Below are positions 28,813 through 37,902 of a DNA stretch of 64,000 bases, one piece after another. The notes below the pieces were generated by a model. It was not told the DNA's origin. It ran no database searches and saw only the letters and a program-made list of their open reading frames with translations. Every line of letters begins with the position of its first letter. The stretch's first letter is position 1. The stretch is from the NCBI GenBank assembly GCA_047601445.1, contig JASGJH010000001.1, positions 8,864,001 through 8,928,000 on the forward strand, written 5' to 3'. The stretch comes from Myxococcales bacterium (lineage in GTDB: Bacteria > Myxococcota_A > Polyangia > Polyangiales > DASUME01). A program made the translations under genes and the position numbers.

Positions 28813-30049
28813 TTACGCCCCAGTGTTGCGCTTTGACGGGCGGTTGGATGTGCTCGCGCTGGAGGTGGTGCTGGCGACGCCGGACGCCATCGAACGTGTG
28901 GTCGAAGGGCCGGCGAGGGGCTCGCGCGCCTCCACGTTCACCATCACCCCACTGCGTTCGAGCTGAGGCGGAATCGAAACGATCACCCGATTACCGCCGG
29001 CGCGCTTGGCCGCGTAGGCCTCGGCATCGGCGCGCCGCAACAACGACGCCACGTCGTCATCGGCGCGAGCCATGGTCAAACCTACGCTCGCGGTGACGGG
29101 GGTTTGCGACCAACGCTCCTTGCCGACCCGTTCCACGGCCTGCACCACGCGCTCGGCCACCGGCAGGAAGCCGTCGACTGCCGAGATCGGGTAGCACTAC
29201 CACGAATTCGTCGCCGCCGTAGCGGGCCACCAGGTCCACGGCTCGCGTCTCATTCGTGAGCGCGTTGGCGATGTCCATCAAGAGCAGGTCGCCTGCATCG
29301 TGACCGAGCTCGTCGTTCACGCGCTTGAACCCGTCCAGGTCGATCATCATCACCCCGCAGCGGGCCCCCCGCGCCACCCGGTCGAGTTGTCGCCGGAGCT
29401 CGTTCAAGAGGTGGCGGCGATTGAACAGGCCAGTTAGCTCGTCCAAGTGGCTGAGCTCCGCGAGCCGCTGGTTCATGCGATCGAGGGCCAACATCTGGCG
29501 CAGAACGATGCTCGTGCTCATCAGCACGCTCATGGCCACCAGGGTGCCGCTGGCCACCAGCTGGGGCAAAGGCGGCAGGGGCTGCGGGCGGGCTGGCGCG
29601 TACTGAAAGAGGTTCAGCGCGCAGAGCAAGAGCAAGCCCACGTAGACCACCGAACCCAGGGCCGCCAGGCGCATCGAGACGCGGGAGCGCGACAGGGAAG
29701 ACGCCGCGTTCACGACCGGGATCAATAGATAGAGGAAGGGCACCACGCTGGAGGCCGCGCCGAGCAGGTACACCACGTAGGTCAGGAAGGCGATGTCGAC
29801 GATTCCCATGAAGAGACTGCGCCGATCGCCCGCGGCCCAGCTCTTGTGGATCATCCACTGAAAGATCAGCGCGATGACCAGGTTCAGGACGAACACCCCG
29901 TGGGTCTGGGTCATCCCCGGGAAGACGCTGTCCGCGAACGTGACCGCGGCCATGGCGAACGCCACGCGCACCAAGCCCGCACGGCGACTCGCGCTATGCC
30001 GGCGATCGATTCGACTGTGGGCGGCGGCAATCACGGCGGACAGGCTCAA
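28813..30049 (-). pseudogene. Membrane diguanylate cyclase (GGDEF), split by one extra base at ~29181 (possibly a sequencing error; ~411 aa if repaired)
   Basis: Several TM helices, DELTGL, RAVD I-site, RYGGDEF. The domain end (VTASVG, RRADAEAYAAKRAGGN) lies in ORF 28813..29160. Deleting one base gives PDLAVDGFLPVAERV. Confidence 0.8.
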
Positions 30050-30231
30050 AACGGTCGAGAGTTCCCGCTGCGGCCAGCGGAGACAGGAGTGTACTTTGCT
30101 TGGCTGAACTACGCCCTAAGTGGCCTGGGCAGCAAGGCTACTGTGCAGTAAGGTTCTTTTTCTGTGCGCTCCTGTACGAGGCACGAGCAGCTGAGGCGCG
30201 TGCGCCGTGATCCAGGTTTCGTGAGCCCAGC

Positions 30232-31596
30232 ATGACCGAGCTTCGTTTCGTTTTGGGGACGTTGGAGTTGCGTGGGCTGTCACGCAATCAGATCGCGCTG
30301 CCCGAAGGGGTCAGCTGGGATCCGCGCTCCGAGTGCTACCGCGCAGAAGCCCGTTTGTACGCCGATTTGCTGCGGGTCCTGGTGCGCTCCGGGACGCCCT
30401 ACGAGGATCTGGCCCGCGCCTATGCGGAGCTGACAACTCCCGTTGTCGTGGCGCGCGAACCGCGGCCCTATCAGCGCGAGGCCCTCACGGCTTGGGAGCA
30501 GGCGCGCAGCGCGGGAATCGTAGTGCTGCCCACAGGTGCCGGAAAGTCGCAGTTGGGCGTGATGGCGATCGAAAAAAAGCGCCGCAGTACCCTCGTCGTG
30601 GCGCCGACCCTCGACCTCGTACGCCAGTGGTACGACCTGCTCAGAACGAGCTTTGGAACCGAGGTCGGTATCGTCGGCGGGGGCGAACACCGGGTCTTGC
30701 CGCTCACCGTAACCACCTACGATTCCGCGTATCTGCACATGGAGAACCTGGGCAACCGGTTCGGCTTCGTGATCTTCGACGAGTGCCACCACTTGCCGAG
30801 CGAGAGCTACGCCATGGCGGCGCGCCAGTGCCTGGCCCCCTTCCGCCTCGGGCTGAGCGCTACCCCCGAGCGCGCCGACGGTCGCGAGGAGCTCCTGCGC
30901 GGCCTGGTGGGCAACACGGTGTACCGCCGAGAGATCGTCGAGATGAGCGGCGAGTATCTGGCCGAGTACGAGACCGAGCGACTGGCAGTTTCCTTCTCGC
31001 CGGAGGAGCGCGCCGAATACGAAGCCGAGCGAGCGATCTACCTGGCCTTCGTGCGGGCCCAGGGCATCCAGATGGGATCACCGCAGGGCTGGGGCGAGTT
31101 CATCATGCGCTCCTCGCGCAGCGAGCAGGGGCGGCGCGCGATGCGGGGCTACCGACGCCAGCGTGAGCTGATGTTCGCGGCGCCGGCCAAGCTCGACTAT
31201 GTGGAGGAGCTGTTGCACCAGCACCGCCGGGAGCGCTCCATCGTGTTCACCCAGGACAACGCCACGGCCTACGCCATCTCGCGACGCCTGCTGATCCCGG
31301 CCATCACGCACCAGACCAAGGTGAGCGAACGCAGCGAGATCCTCACGCGGCTGAACGGCGGGGTGTACTCGGCGGTGGTGACCTCCAAGGTCCTGAACGA
31401 AGGCGTGGACGTGCCCTCGGCCAGCGTGGCCATCGTGGTTTCGGGCAGCGGCTCGGTGCGCGAGCATGTCCAGCGGCTGGGCCGCATCCTGCGCAAGCAG
31501 GGCGACAAGCGCGCCATCCTCTACGAGCTCATCACGGCCAACACCGGGGAAGCCTTCACCAGCGAACGCCGGCGGGAACACAGTGCTTACCGCTGA
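30232..31596 (+). CDS. XPB/Rad25-like SF2 DNA helicase
   Basis: PRPYQ, LPTGAGKS, DECHH, GLSATPER, VLNEGVDVP, QRLGRILR. Confidence 0.9.
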   Translation: MTELRFVLGTLELRGLSRNQIALPEGVSWDPRSECYRAEARLYADLLRVLVRSGTPYEDLARAYAELTTPVVVAREPRPYQREALTAWEQARSAGIVVLPTGAGKSQLGVMAIEKKRRSTLVVAPTLDLVRQWYDLLRTSFGTEVGIVGGGEHRVLPLTVTTYDSAYLHMENLGNRFGFVIFDECHHLPSESYAMAARQCLAPFRLGLSATPERADGREELLRGLVGNTVYRREIVEMSGEYLAEYETERLAVSFSPEERAEYEAERAIYLAFVRAQGIQMGSPQGWGEFIMRSSRSEQGRRAMRGYRRQRELMFAAPAKLDYVEELLHQHRRERSIVFTQDNATAYAISRRLLIPAITHQTKVSERSEILTRLNGGVYSAVVTSKVLNEGVDVPSASVAIVVSGSGSVREHVQRLGRILRKQGDKRAILYELITANTGEAFTSERRREHSAYR

Positions 31597-32794
31597 CCTG
31601 GTGCGCACCCGAAAGAAGGGCGGGGAGCTCTTCGTCACCGAGCTCAGCGACAAGCTGCGGCCGCGCGCGCTCGAGCTCGCGCAGGACTACGTGGCGTTGG
31701 CCGAGGCCCACGTGGGGGCGAGCCGCGCCGAACTCGAGGAGGCCTGGGAGGGGGTCAAGGTCGGCGCCAGTGAGCGGAAGCTGGCGCTCGGACTGTGCAA
31801 GCTGGTGGAAGACCGCGTGCAGTTCGACGTGCAGAGCGAGCTCGATCCGCGCCTTCTGCGCAGCGAGGTGTTCGAAGCGGCCGCCGCCGAGCGCGCGGCC
31901 GTGAGCGACGACGGGAGCTTCGACCGCTCGGCGTTCTTGGCAGGGCAAGCTGCCCAGCGCGGGCTCACGCCAGAGCAGCTGGAGCGCGCGCTCTACGCCG
32001 ACCTGCGTGGCGCCCAGATCTTGACCGGCTTCGACGGCATCAACCCCGAGCACCTGGTTCGCCACTACGATCTGGCGCAGAAGCAGGCCGTTTTCCTGCG
32101 GGCTGTGGCCGTGGTCGCCGAGGTGCGTTGCCGCGACCCCTACGCGTACCGGACGTTGTTCCGCAAGCTCAAGTTCTTCCGCCTCATGCACCGCATCGAG
32201 GCGCGTCCCGACGGCTATCTGATCTCCATCGACGGTCCCTTCAGCCTATTCAGCGCGTCCACCAAGTACGGGCTCGAGCTGGCGCTGGCGCTGCCGGCCC
32301 TCTTGAGCTGCGACGAGTTCGACATTCGGGCCCAGCTGCGTTGGGGCAAGGAGCGCGAGGCCCTCAGCTACAAGCTCACCGGCAAGGGCCGTTCGGACGG
32401 CGCGAAAGAGGTCGCCCTGCCTGACGAAGTCGCAGCGTTCTTGGCGCGCTTTCAGGCACTCGAGTCGGAGTGGGAGGCCGAGGTCTCGAGCGACATCCTG
32501 GAGGTCCGAGGCGTGGGCCTCTGCGTACCCGATCTGCGCTTCGTGAGCCGCGAGACCGGTGAGATTGCCTACCTGGAGGTGCTCGGTTATTGGAGCCGCG
32601 ATGCCGTCTGGAAGCGAGTCGAGCTGGTGGCGAAGGGGCTCAAGGAACGCGTGATTTTCGCGGCCTCGAGCAAGCTGCGCGTGAGCGAGGAAGTCATCGA
32701 CGGGAACGTCCCGAGCCAGCTTTACATGCACAAGGGAACACTCTCGCCCAAGGAAGTTCTGCGGCGCCTTTCGGGGGGGGCCGCGAGCCAGTAG
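31583..32794 (+). CDS. DUF790/Bax1-family endonuclease
   Basis: GTG start overlapping the helicase. ALYADL, IDGPFSLF...KYG, and PD-(D/E)xK-type VPDL...YLEVLGYW. Confidence 0.8.
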   Translation: MLTADLVRTRKKGGELFVTELSDKLRPRALELAQDYVALAEAHVGASRAELEEAWEGVKVGASERKLALGLCKLVEDRVQFDVQSELDPRLLRSEVFEAAAAERAAVSDDGSFDRSAFLAGQAAQRGLTPEQLERALYADLRGAQILTGFDGINPEHLVRHYDLAQKQAVFLRAVAVVAEVRCRDPYAYRTLFRKLKFFRLMHRIEARPDGYLISIDGPFSLFSASTKYGLELALALPALLSCDEFDIRAQLRWGKEREALSYKLTGKGRSDGAKEVALPDEVAAFLARFQALESEWEAEVSSDILEVRGVGLCVPDLRFVSRETGEIAYLEVLGYWSRDAVWKRVELVAKGLKERVIFAASSKLRVSEEVIDGNVPSQLYMHKGTLSPKEVLRRLSGGAASQ

Positions 32795-32803
32795 ACTCGG
32801 GGC

Positions 32804-33577
32804 ATGAGTGACGACATGACTGCACGGGCCCGGGAGATGGTGGCCGAGACCCCCAAGCTCCCCGAGATCGACGTGCGCGAGCGCGCGGGCGACCACACGG
32901 GCAATCCAAGAGCCATCGATCAGCGGCTCTTCATGCAACTTCTGGTGTACCGCATCGACGAGACCCTCGAGCCCGATGGGATCATCGAGCAGCTCGGGGG
33001 CGCGCTCGCCGCGGCGGAGTGTCCCGGGGTGCTCTACCGGGACGCCAACGATCCTCGCAGCCTCGGCATCCTCACCTGGAGCATCGACCCTGCGCACTTC
33101 GTGACCAAGGTGCGTTCGGTGCTGCTGCAGCCTGCGTTCAAGGGGCTCAAGCTGAGGGACGACTTCAGTATGCTCGGGCGCAGCTACGCCACGGGATACG
33201 AAGCGGACCTCAATTTCTGGCTTTTGCAGCGTCCCATCGAGAACGCGGTGAACCCCGAGTATCGCTGGGCGGTCTGGTACCCGCTGCGGCGCTCGGGCGC
33301 GTTCGAGCGCTTGTCCATCAAGGAGCAGGCGGGCATCTTGCGCGAACACGCGGCCATCGGTCGGGCCTATGGGGAACAAGGCTTGGCCACCGACATCCGC
33401 TTGGCCTGTCATGGCCTCGACGCCAAGGACAACGAGTTCGTGATCGGGCTCCTCTCCAAGGACCTGCACCCGCTCTCGCACCTGGTTCAGCGCATGCGCA
33501 AGACCCAGCAGACGTCGGAGTACATCCAGCAAATGGGCCCGTTCTTCGTGGGGTACGCGGTGTGGCAGCGCAGCTGA
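32804..33577 (+). CDS. Chlorite dismutase/coproheme decarboxylase (ChdC/HemQ)-like protein
   Basis: WYPLRR, EHAAIG, GLD..DNEFVIG, MRKT, GPFFVG. Confidence 0.72.
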   Translation: MSDDMTARAREMVAETPKLPEIDVRERAGDHTGNPRAIDQRLFMQLLVYRIDETLEPDGIIEQLGGALAAAECPGVLYRDANDPRSLGILTWSIDPAHFVTKVRSVLLQPAFKGLKLRDDFSMLGRSYATGYEADLNFWLLQRPIENAVNPEYRWAVWYPLRRSGAFERLSIKEQAGILREHAAIGRAYGEQGLATDIRLACHGLDAKDNEFVIGLLSKDLHPLSHLVQRMRKTQQTSEYIQQMGPFFVGYAVWQRS

Positions 33578-35064
33578 GCCAGATTCCGGCGCGCGGCGAC
33601 TTCATCGGAGGGCGCTTCCTGTCCGTCGGCGACGATGCGCTGAGCGGGTGCATCGAGCGGCTGAGTCCGCGTTGCTTCGCGGACGTGGTGGGACGCTTCG
33701 GGTTTCGGCTGGCGGCGGTGGGGGAGGCGGTCGCGAGCGCGCGCGCGGCGTTCCCGGGCTGGGCGCGGCTCAGCCTGGAACAGCGCATGGAGTCGATGCG
33801 GGCCCTCAAGACGGCGCTCGCGGCGCGCGCGGAAGAACTCGCGGTGTTGATCACGCGCGAGGTGGGCAAGCCACTCTGGGAGGCGCGCACCGAGGTCGCG
33901 GCCGCCCTCAACAAGATCGACATCACGTTGTCCGATGGTCTCGCGCTGGTGACTCCGCGCGAGATGGGATCCTCCGCCCAGCGCTATGCGTTCAAGCCGC
34001 ACGGCGTGGCCGCGGTGCTCGGACCGTTCAACTTCCCCATTCACTTGATGCACGGACACGTGGTGCCCGCGCTGGTCACCGGCAACACCGTCGTCGTCAA
34101 GCCGAGCGAGCTTTCGCCCGCGGTGGGGCAGCTCTACGCCGAGTGCTTCGAGGCGGCCGGTTTGCCGCCGGGGGTGTTCAACCTGATCCAAGGCGACGCC
34201 AGCGTTGGCGCGGAGCTCGCCGCTCATCCCGAAGTCGACGCGGTGATGTTGACCGGCAGCTATGGCGCGGGCTTGGCCATCAAGCGGGCTACACTCGAGC
34301 AACCGCACAAACTGCTGGCGCTGGAGCTCGGTGGGCACAACCCGGCCATCGTCTTGGCGGATGCGAACCTCGACAAAGCCGTGCACGACGTGCTGTGGGG
34401 AGCCTTCGTCAGCGCCGGCCAGCGCTGCAGCGGCACCGCGATCGCACTGGTCGAGCACACCATGTTCGAGCGCTTCAGCGAGTTGCTCTCGAGCAAACTG
34501 GACCGCCTGCGCGTGGGCGATCCGTTGGAGGCCGTTTTCATGGGACCGGTCGTCAGCGAGATCGCGCGTGGACGGTTCTGGGAGGCCCTGGAGCGCGCCG
34601 AGCAACAAGGGGCCAGCGCGCTGCGCAAGAGCACGTGGCCCACGTGCGAGCTGCCCGAGGGGGCGTATCTGACTCCGAGCGTCCACCTCATCGAACAGGC
34701 TCGCGGGCTGCCCTACGAGACGGAGGAGCTGTTCGGGCCCGATCTCGCCCTGATGCCGGTGCGCGATCTCGAGCACGCGCTGAGCCAGGCCAACGCAGGG
34801 GCCTACGGCTTGAGCGCAAGCGTCTTCAGCGCAGATCGCGCAGCCTTCGAACACGCGCTGGCAGGGCTGCGCCACGGCTGCGTGAACTGGAACGCACCCA
34901 CCTGCGGTGCCTCCAGCAAGCTACCCTTCGGCGGCACCGGCAAGAGCGGAAACCATCGGCCTGCCGCCTTATTCTCGACCTTGTACTGCACTTATCCCGT
35001 GGCCACGCTCGAGGGGCCCACAGTGCTGGATCCCAAGACCTTGTCACCCGGTCTGACCTGGTAG
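33562..35064 (+). CDS. Aldehyde dehydrogenase, succinylglutamate-semialdehyde dehydrogenase (AstD)-like
   Basis: GPFNFP.HL.HGH, KPSE, TGS, LELGG, SAGQRC, EELFGP, PFGG.GKSGNHRP. GTG 33562 chosen. Confidence 0.8.
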   Translation: MAAQLSQIPARGDFIGGRFLSVGDDALSGCIERLSPRCFADVVGRFGFRLAAVGEAVASARAAFPGWARLSLEQRMESMRALKTALAARAEELAVLITREVGKPLWEARTEVAAALNKIDITLSDGLALVTPREMGSSAQRYAFKPHGVAAVLGPFNFPIHLMHGHVVPALVTGNTVVVKPSELSPAVGQLYAECFEAAGLPPGVFNLIQGDASVGAELAAHPEVDAVMLTGSYGAGLAIKRATLEQPHKLLALELGGHNPAIVLADANLDKAVHDVLWGAFVSAGQRCSGTAIALVEHTMFERFSELLSSKLDRLRVGDPLEAVFMGPVVSEIARGRFWEALERAEQQGASALRKSTWPTCELPEGAYLTPSVHLIEQARGLPYETEELFGPDLALMPVRDLEHALSQANAGAYGLSASVFSADRAAFEHALAGLRHGCVNWNAPTCGASSKLPFGGTGKSGNHRPAALFSTLYCTYPVATLEGPTVLDPKTLSPGLTW

Positions 35065-35139
35065 GACCTTGCCCGCTCGGGCTGAGCCGACGTGAGCGAG
35101 CCTTGCGGCGCCGGCCTTCCACAGTTAGCGTGCCCCATC

Positions 35140-36624
35140 ATGGGTCGCATCGCTCGGCGGTTCCTCGCGCTGTGGTTGCTCGTGGCTGGCTTGGTCGTCC
35201 TGTCCAGCGTCGCCAGGTCCAGCGTGCGCATGGTGGCTGCCCAGGAGCGAGACGCGGGCGCAGCGCGCGCAGAGCCTGCTCCGTACACCCCGCGGCCGAG
35301 CAAGAACGAGGGTGGGAAGCGGGACATCGCGATCAGCGCCAGCCCTGGGGCTCCGGTGGTGGTGCTTCACATCGAAGGCACCATCGACCTCGGCCTCTCG
35401 GCGTACATCGAGCGCGCGCTAGAACAGCACCCCGATGCGGCGGCTTTCCTGCTCGACATCAACACGCTCGGGGGCCGCGTGGACGCGGCGATCCAGATTC
35501 GCGACCGCCTGCTTTCGAGCAAGCGCAAGACCATCGCCTTCGTACACCCGCGTGCCATCAGCGCCGGAGCCCTGATTTCCTTGGCCTGCGACGTGATCGC
35601 CATCTCCAGCGGTGCGAGCATCGGCGCGGCCACGCCGATTCAGCTCGGCGAAGGCGGCGCCGAACCCGTGGAGGAGAAGATGGTCTCCTATTTCCGCACA
35701 GAGATGCGGACCACGGCCGAAGCGCGCGGTCGGCGCGGCGACATCGCCGAGGCGATGGTCGATAGCAGCGTGGAGATCCCGGGCCTCGATCCGGCCGGCA
35801 AGCTGCTCACGCTCGACACCGCGGGCGCCCTCGAAACGGGCATCGCGGACTTTCAGGCCGAGAGTGTGGACGCCGTGCTCGAACGGGTGGGGGTGGCCAA
35901 GGCTCCACGACAGACCCAGGCCGAGAACTGGGCCGAGAAGCTGGTGCGCTTCTTGACCGATCCGGTGGTGAGCGGACTCTTGATGAGCCTCGGTACCCTG
36001 GGCATCTTGATCGAGCTCTACACGCCCGGGCTCGGCTTGCCGGGTGCCCTAGGAGCGCTGTGTCTGTCGCTGTTTTTCGGGGGCCATCTGCTGGTGAACT
36101 TGGCGGGCCTTGAAGAGCTCATTTTGTTCGCGGCAGGTCTGGGGCTACTCGCCCTCGAGGTGATGGTGTTGCCCGGCTTCGGCATCGCTGGCGTACTCGG
36201 CATCGTCTGCATGGTGGCCGCGCTCGTGCTCACGCTGGTGGGCTTGCCGCTCGGGGTTGCCTTCCAGACAGGGGCCTGGGTGGAGCCCCTCGGGCGCGTG
36301 ACGGCCGCCTTGGTCGTGACGGTGGTCTTGATGTTGCTCGCGCTGCGGATCTTGCCCAAGAGTCGCGCCGGGCGCGGTCTCGTGCTTTCGAGCAGCACCG
36401 CCAGCAGCGAGGGCTTCGTGGCGCACGATGCGACGCGCCTGCTCGGGCAGGTCGGCGTGTCCGAGAGCGAGCTGCGGCCGGCGGGCGTGGCGCGTTTCGG
36501 TAGCGAGCGCGTGGACGTCGTGAGCGAGGGCGCCTTCGTGGCGCGCGGGCTCGCGGTGCGCGTCGTGCAAGTCGAAGGCGTGCGTGTGGTGGTGCGGCCG
36601 GAGGAGTCGGGCGAGGCCGGCTGA
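35140..36624 (+). CDS. nfeD: NfeD-family membrane protein (ClpP-like protease, TM and OB domains)
   Basis: INTLGG, AISAGALI, IGAATP, KLLTL, ELRPAG...VDVVSEG. Confidence 0.88.
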   Translation: MGRIARRFLALWLLVAGLVVLSSVARSSVRMVAAQERDAGAARAEPAPYTPRPSKNEGGKRDIAISASPGAPVVVLHIEGTIDLGLSAYIERALEQHPDAAAFLLDINTLGGRVDAAIQIRDRLLSSKRKTIAFVHPRAISAGALISLACDVIAISSGASIGAATPIQLGEGGAEPVEEKMVSYFRTEMRTTAEARGRRGDIAEAMVDSSVEIPGLDPAGKLLTLDTAGALETGIADFQAESVDAVLERVGVAKAPRQTQAENWAEKLVRFLTDPVVSGLLMSLGTLGILIELYTPGLGLPGALGALCLSLFFGGHLLVNLAGLEELILFAAGLGLLALEVMVLPGFGIAGVLGIVCMVAALVLTLVGLPLGVAFQTGAWVEPLGRVTAALVVTVVLMLLALRILPKSRAGRGLVLSSSTASSEGFVAHDATRLLGQVGVSESELRPAGVARFGSERVDVVSEGAFVARGLAVRVVQVEGVRVVVRPEESGEAG

Positions 36625-36727
36625 CAGACAAGCCGAGGATGCGAGGGCGCATGCGGCGCCGGGTCTCAAGGGCGCGCATAGCGCTGGGTATCAAAGGCGC
36701 GCATAGCGCGCGCGGCGGAGCGAACGT

Positions 36728-37717
36728 ATGGGTGATGCCACGACGGTGATCAGTTTCTTCTTGGTGCTGGTGCTGATGGTGATCGGCGGCAGCTTCTTCC
36801 TGTGGCTGATCCCGATTCAGCTCTGGGTCGCCGCCTGGTCCAGCGGCACCTACGTCGGTTTGATGACGCTGGTCGCCATGCGGCTGCGGCGCGTCACACC
36901 CACGGCCATCGTGAACCCGCGCATCACGGCCATGAAGGCGGGCCTCGACATTCCCATCGATCTGCTCGAGTCCCACTACCTGGCAGGCGGCAACGTGACC
37001 CGCGTGGTGAACGCGCTGATCAGCGCCGACAAGGCGGGTATCCAGCTGCAGTTCAAGCAGGCGGCCGCCATCGACCTCGCCGGTCGCGATGTCTTCGAGG
37101 CCGTCCAGATGAGCGTCAACCCGCGCGTCATCAGTACGCCCAAGATCTCCGCCGTGGCCAAGGATGGCATCCAGCTCGTGGTCATCGTGCGCATCACGGT
37201 GCGCTCCAACATCAACCGCCTGGTCGGCGGTGCCACCGAGGAGACCGTGGTAGCCCGCGTCGGTGAGGGCATCGTGTCCACCATCGGTTCCGCACGCACC
37301 TATGAAGAGGTGCTGGAGAACCCCGACCGAATCTCCAAGAACGTGCTCGGTCGCGGCCTCGACAGCGGCACCGCCTTCGAGATCCTCTCCATCGACATCG
37401 CTGACATCGACGTCGGTGCCAACATCGGCGCCAAGCTGCAGACCGAGAAGGCCGAAGCCGACAAGCAGGTGGCCCAAGCCCAAGCCGAGAGTCGACGCGC
37501 CATCGCAGTGGCCGCCGAGCAGGAGATGCGCGCGCGCGTCGAGGAGATGCGCGCCAAGCTGGTGGAATCCGAGTCGCAGATCCCCATGGCCATGGCGGAG
37601 GCCCTCCGCAACGGCCGCCTGGGCGTGCTCGACTACTACCAGATGCGCAACGTCGCCGCGGACACCGAGATGCGGCAGTCGATCGGTAAGCTCAACGATC
37701 CGGGAACCAACAAGTGA
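36728..37717 (+). CDS. floA: Flotillin-like protein FloA (YqfA/UPF0365)
   Basis: [57 protein letters not shown]. Confidence 0.92.
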   Translation: MGDATTVISFFLVLVLMVIGGSFFLWLIPIQLWVAAWSSGTYVGLMTLVAMRLRRVTPTAIVNPRITAMKAGLDIPIDLLESHYLAGGNVTRVVNALISADKAGIQLQFKQAAAIDLAGRDVFEAVQMSVNPRVISTPKISAVAKDGIQLVVIVRITVRSNINRLVGGATEETVVARVGEGIVSTIGSARTYEEVLENPDRISKNVLGRGLDSGTAFEILSIDIADIDVGANIGAKLQTEKAEADKQVAQAQAESRRAIAVAAEQEMRARVEEMRAKLVESESQIPMAMAEALRNGRLGVLDYYQMRNVAADTEMRQSIGKLNDPGTNK

Positions 37718-37902
37718 AGGGCCCTGAAGAGAAGCAGGCTACGCCCCCGCTCACGGGTGCCCTCGGCAAGCGGGAGCTCCTGGTGCGCTTGGTCTTGGCC
37801 GAAGTCATCGCCAAACCCGGTGAAGGACCGCTCGCCCCGCGCTTCGCACGGCCGCTGCCACGCCGGGCTACTGGCGAGGGCGGGAAGGGCGAAGCCCCGT
37901 GA
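37714..37902 (+). CDS. Small protein, possibly YqfB-like
   Basis: GTGA overlaps with both neighbours. [10 protein letters not shown] motif. Confidence 0.5.
   Translation: MKGPEEKQATPPLTGALGKRELLVRLVLAEVIAKPGEGPLAPRFARPLPRRATGEGGKGEAP

Noticed and set aside
33019..33561. 181-aa N-terminal extension of the aldehyde dehydrogenase ORF
   Set aside because: It overlaps the ChdC-like gene in another frame and has shadow-ORF composition. Dehydrogenase-like sequence begins near GTG 33562.
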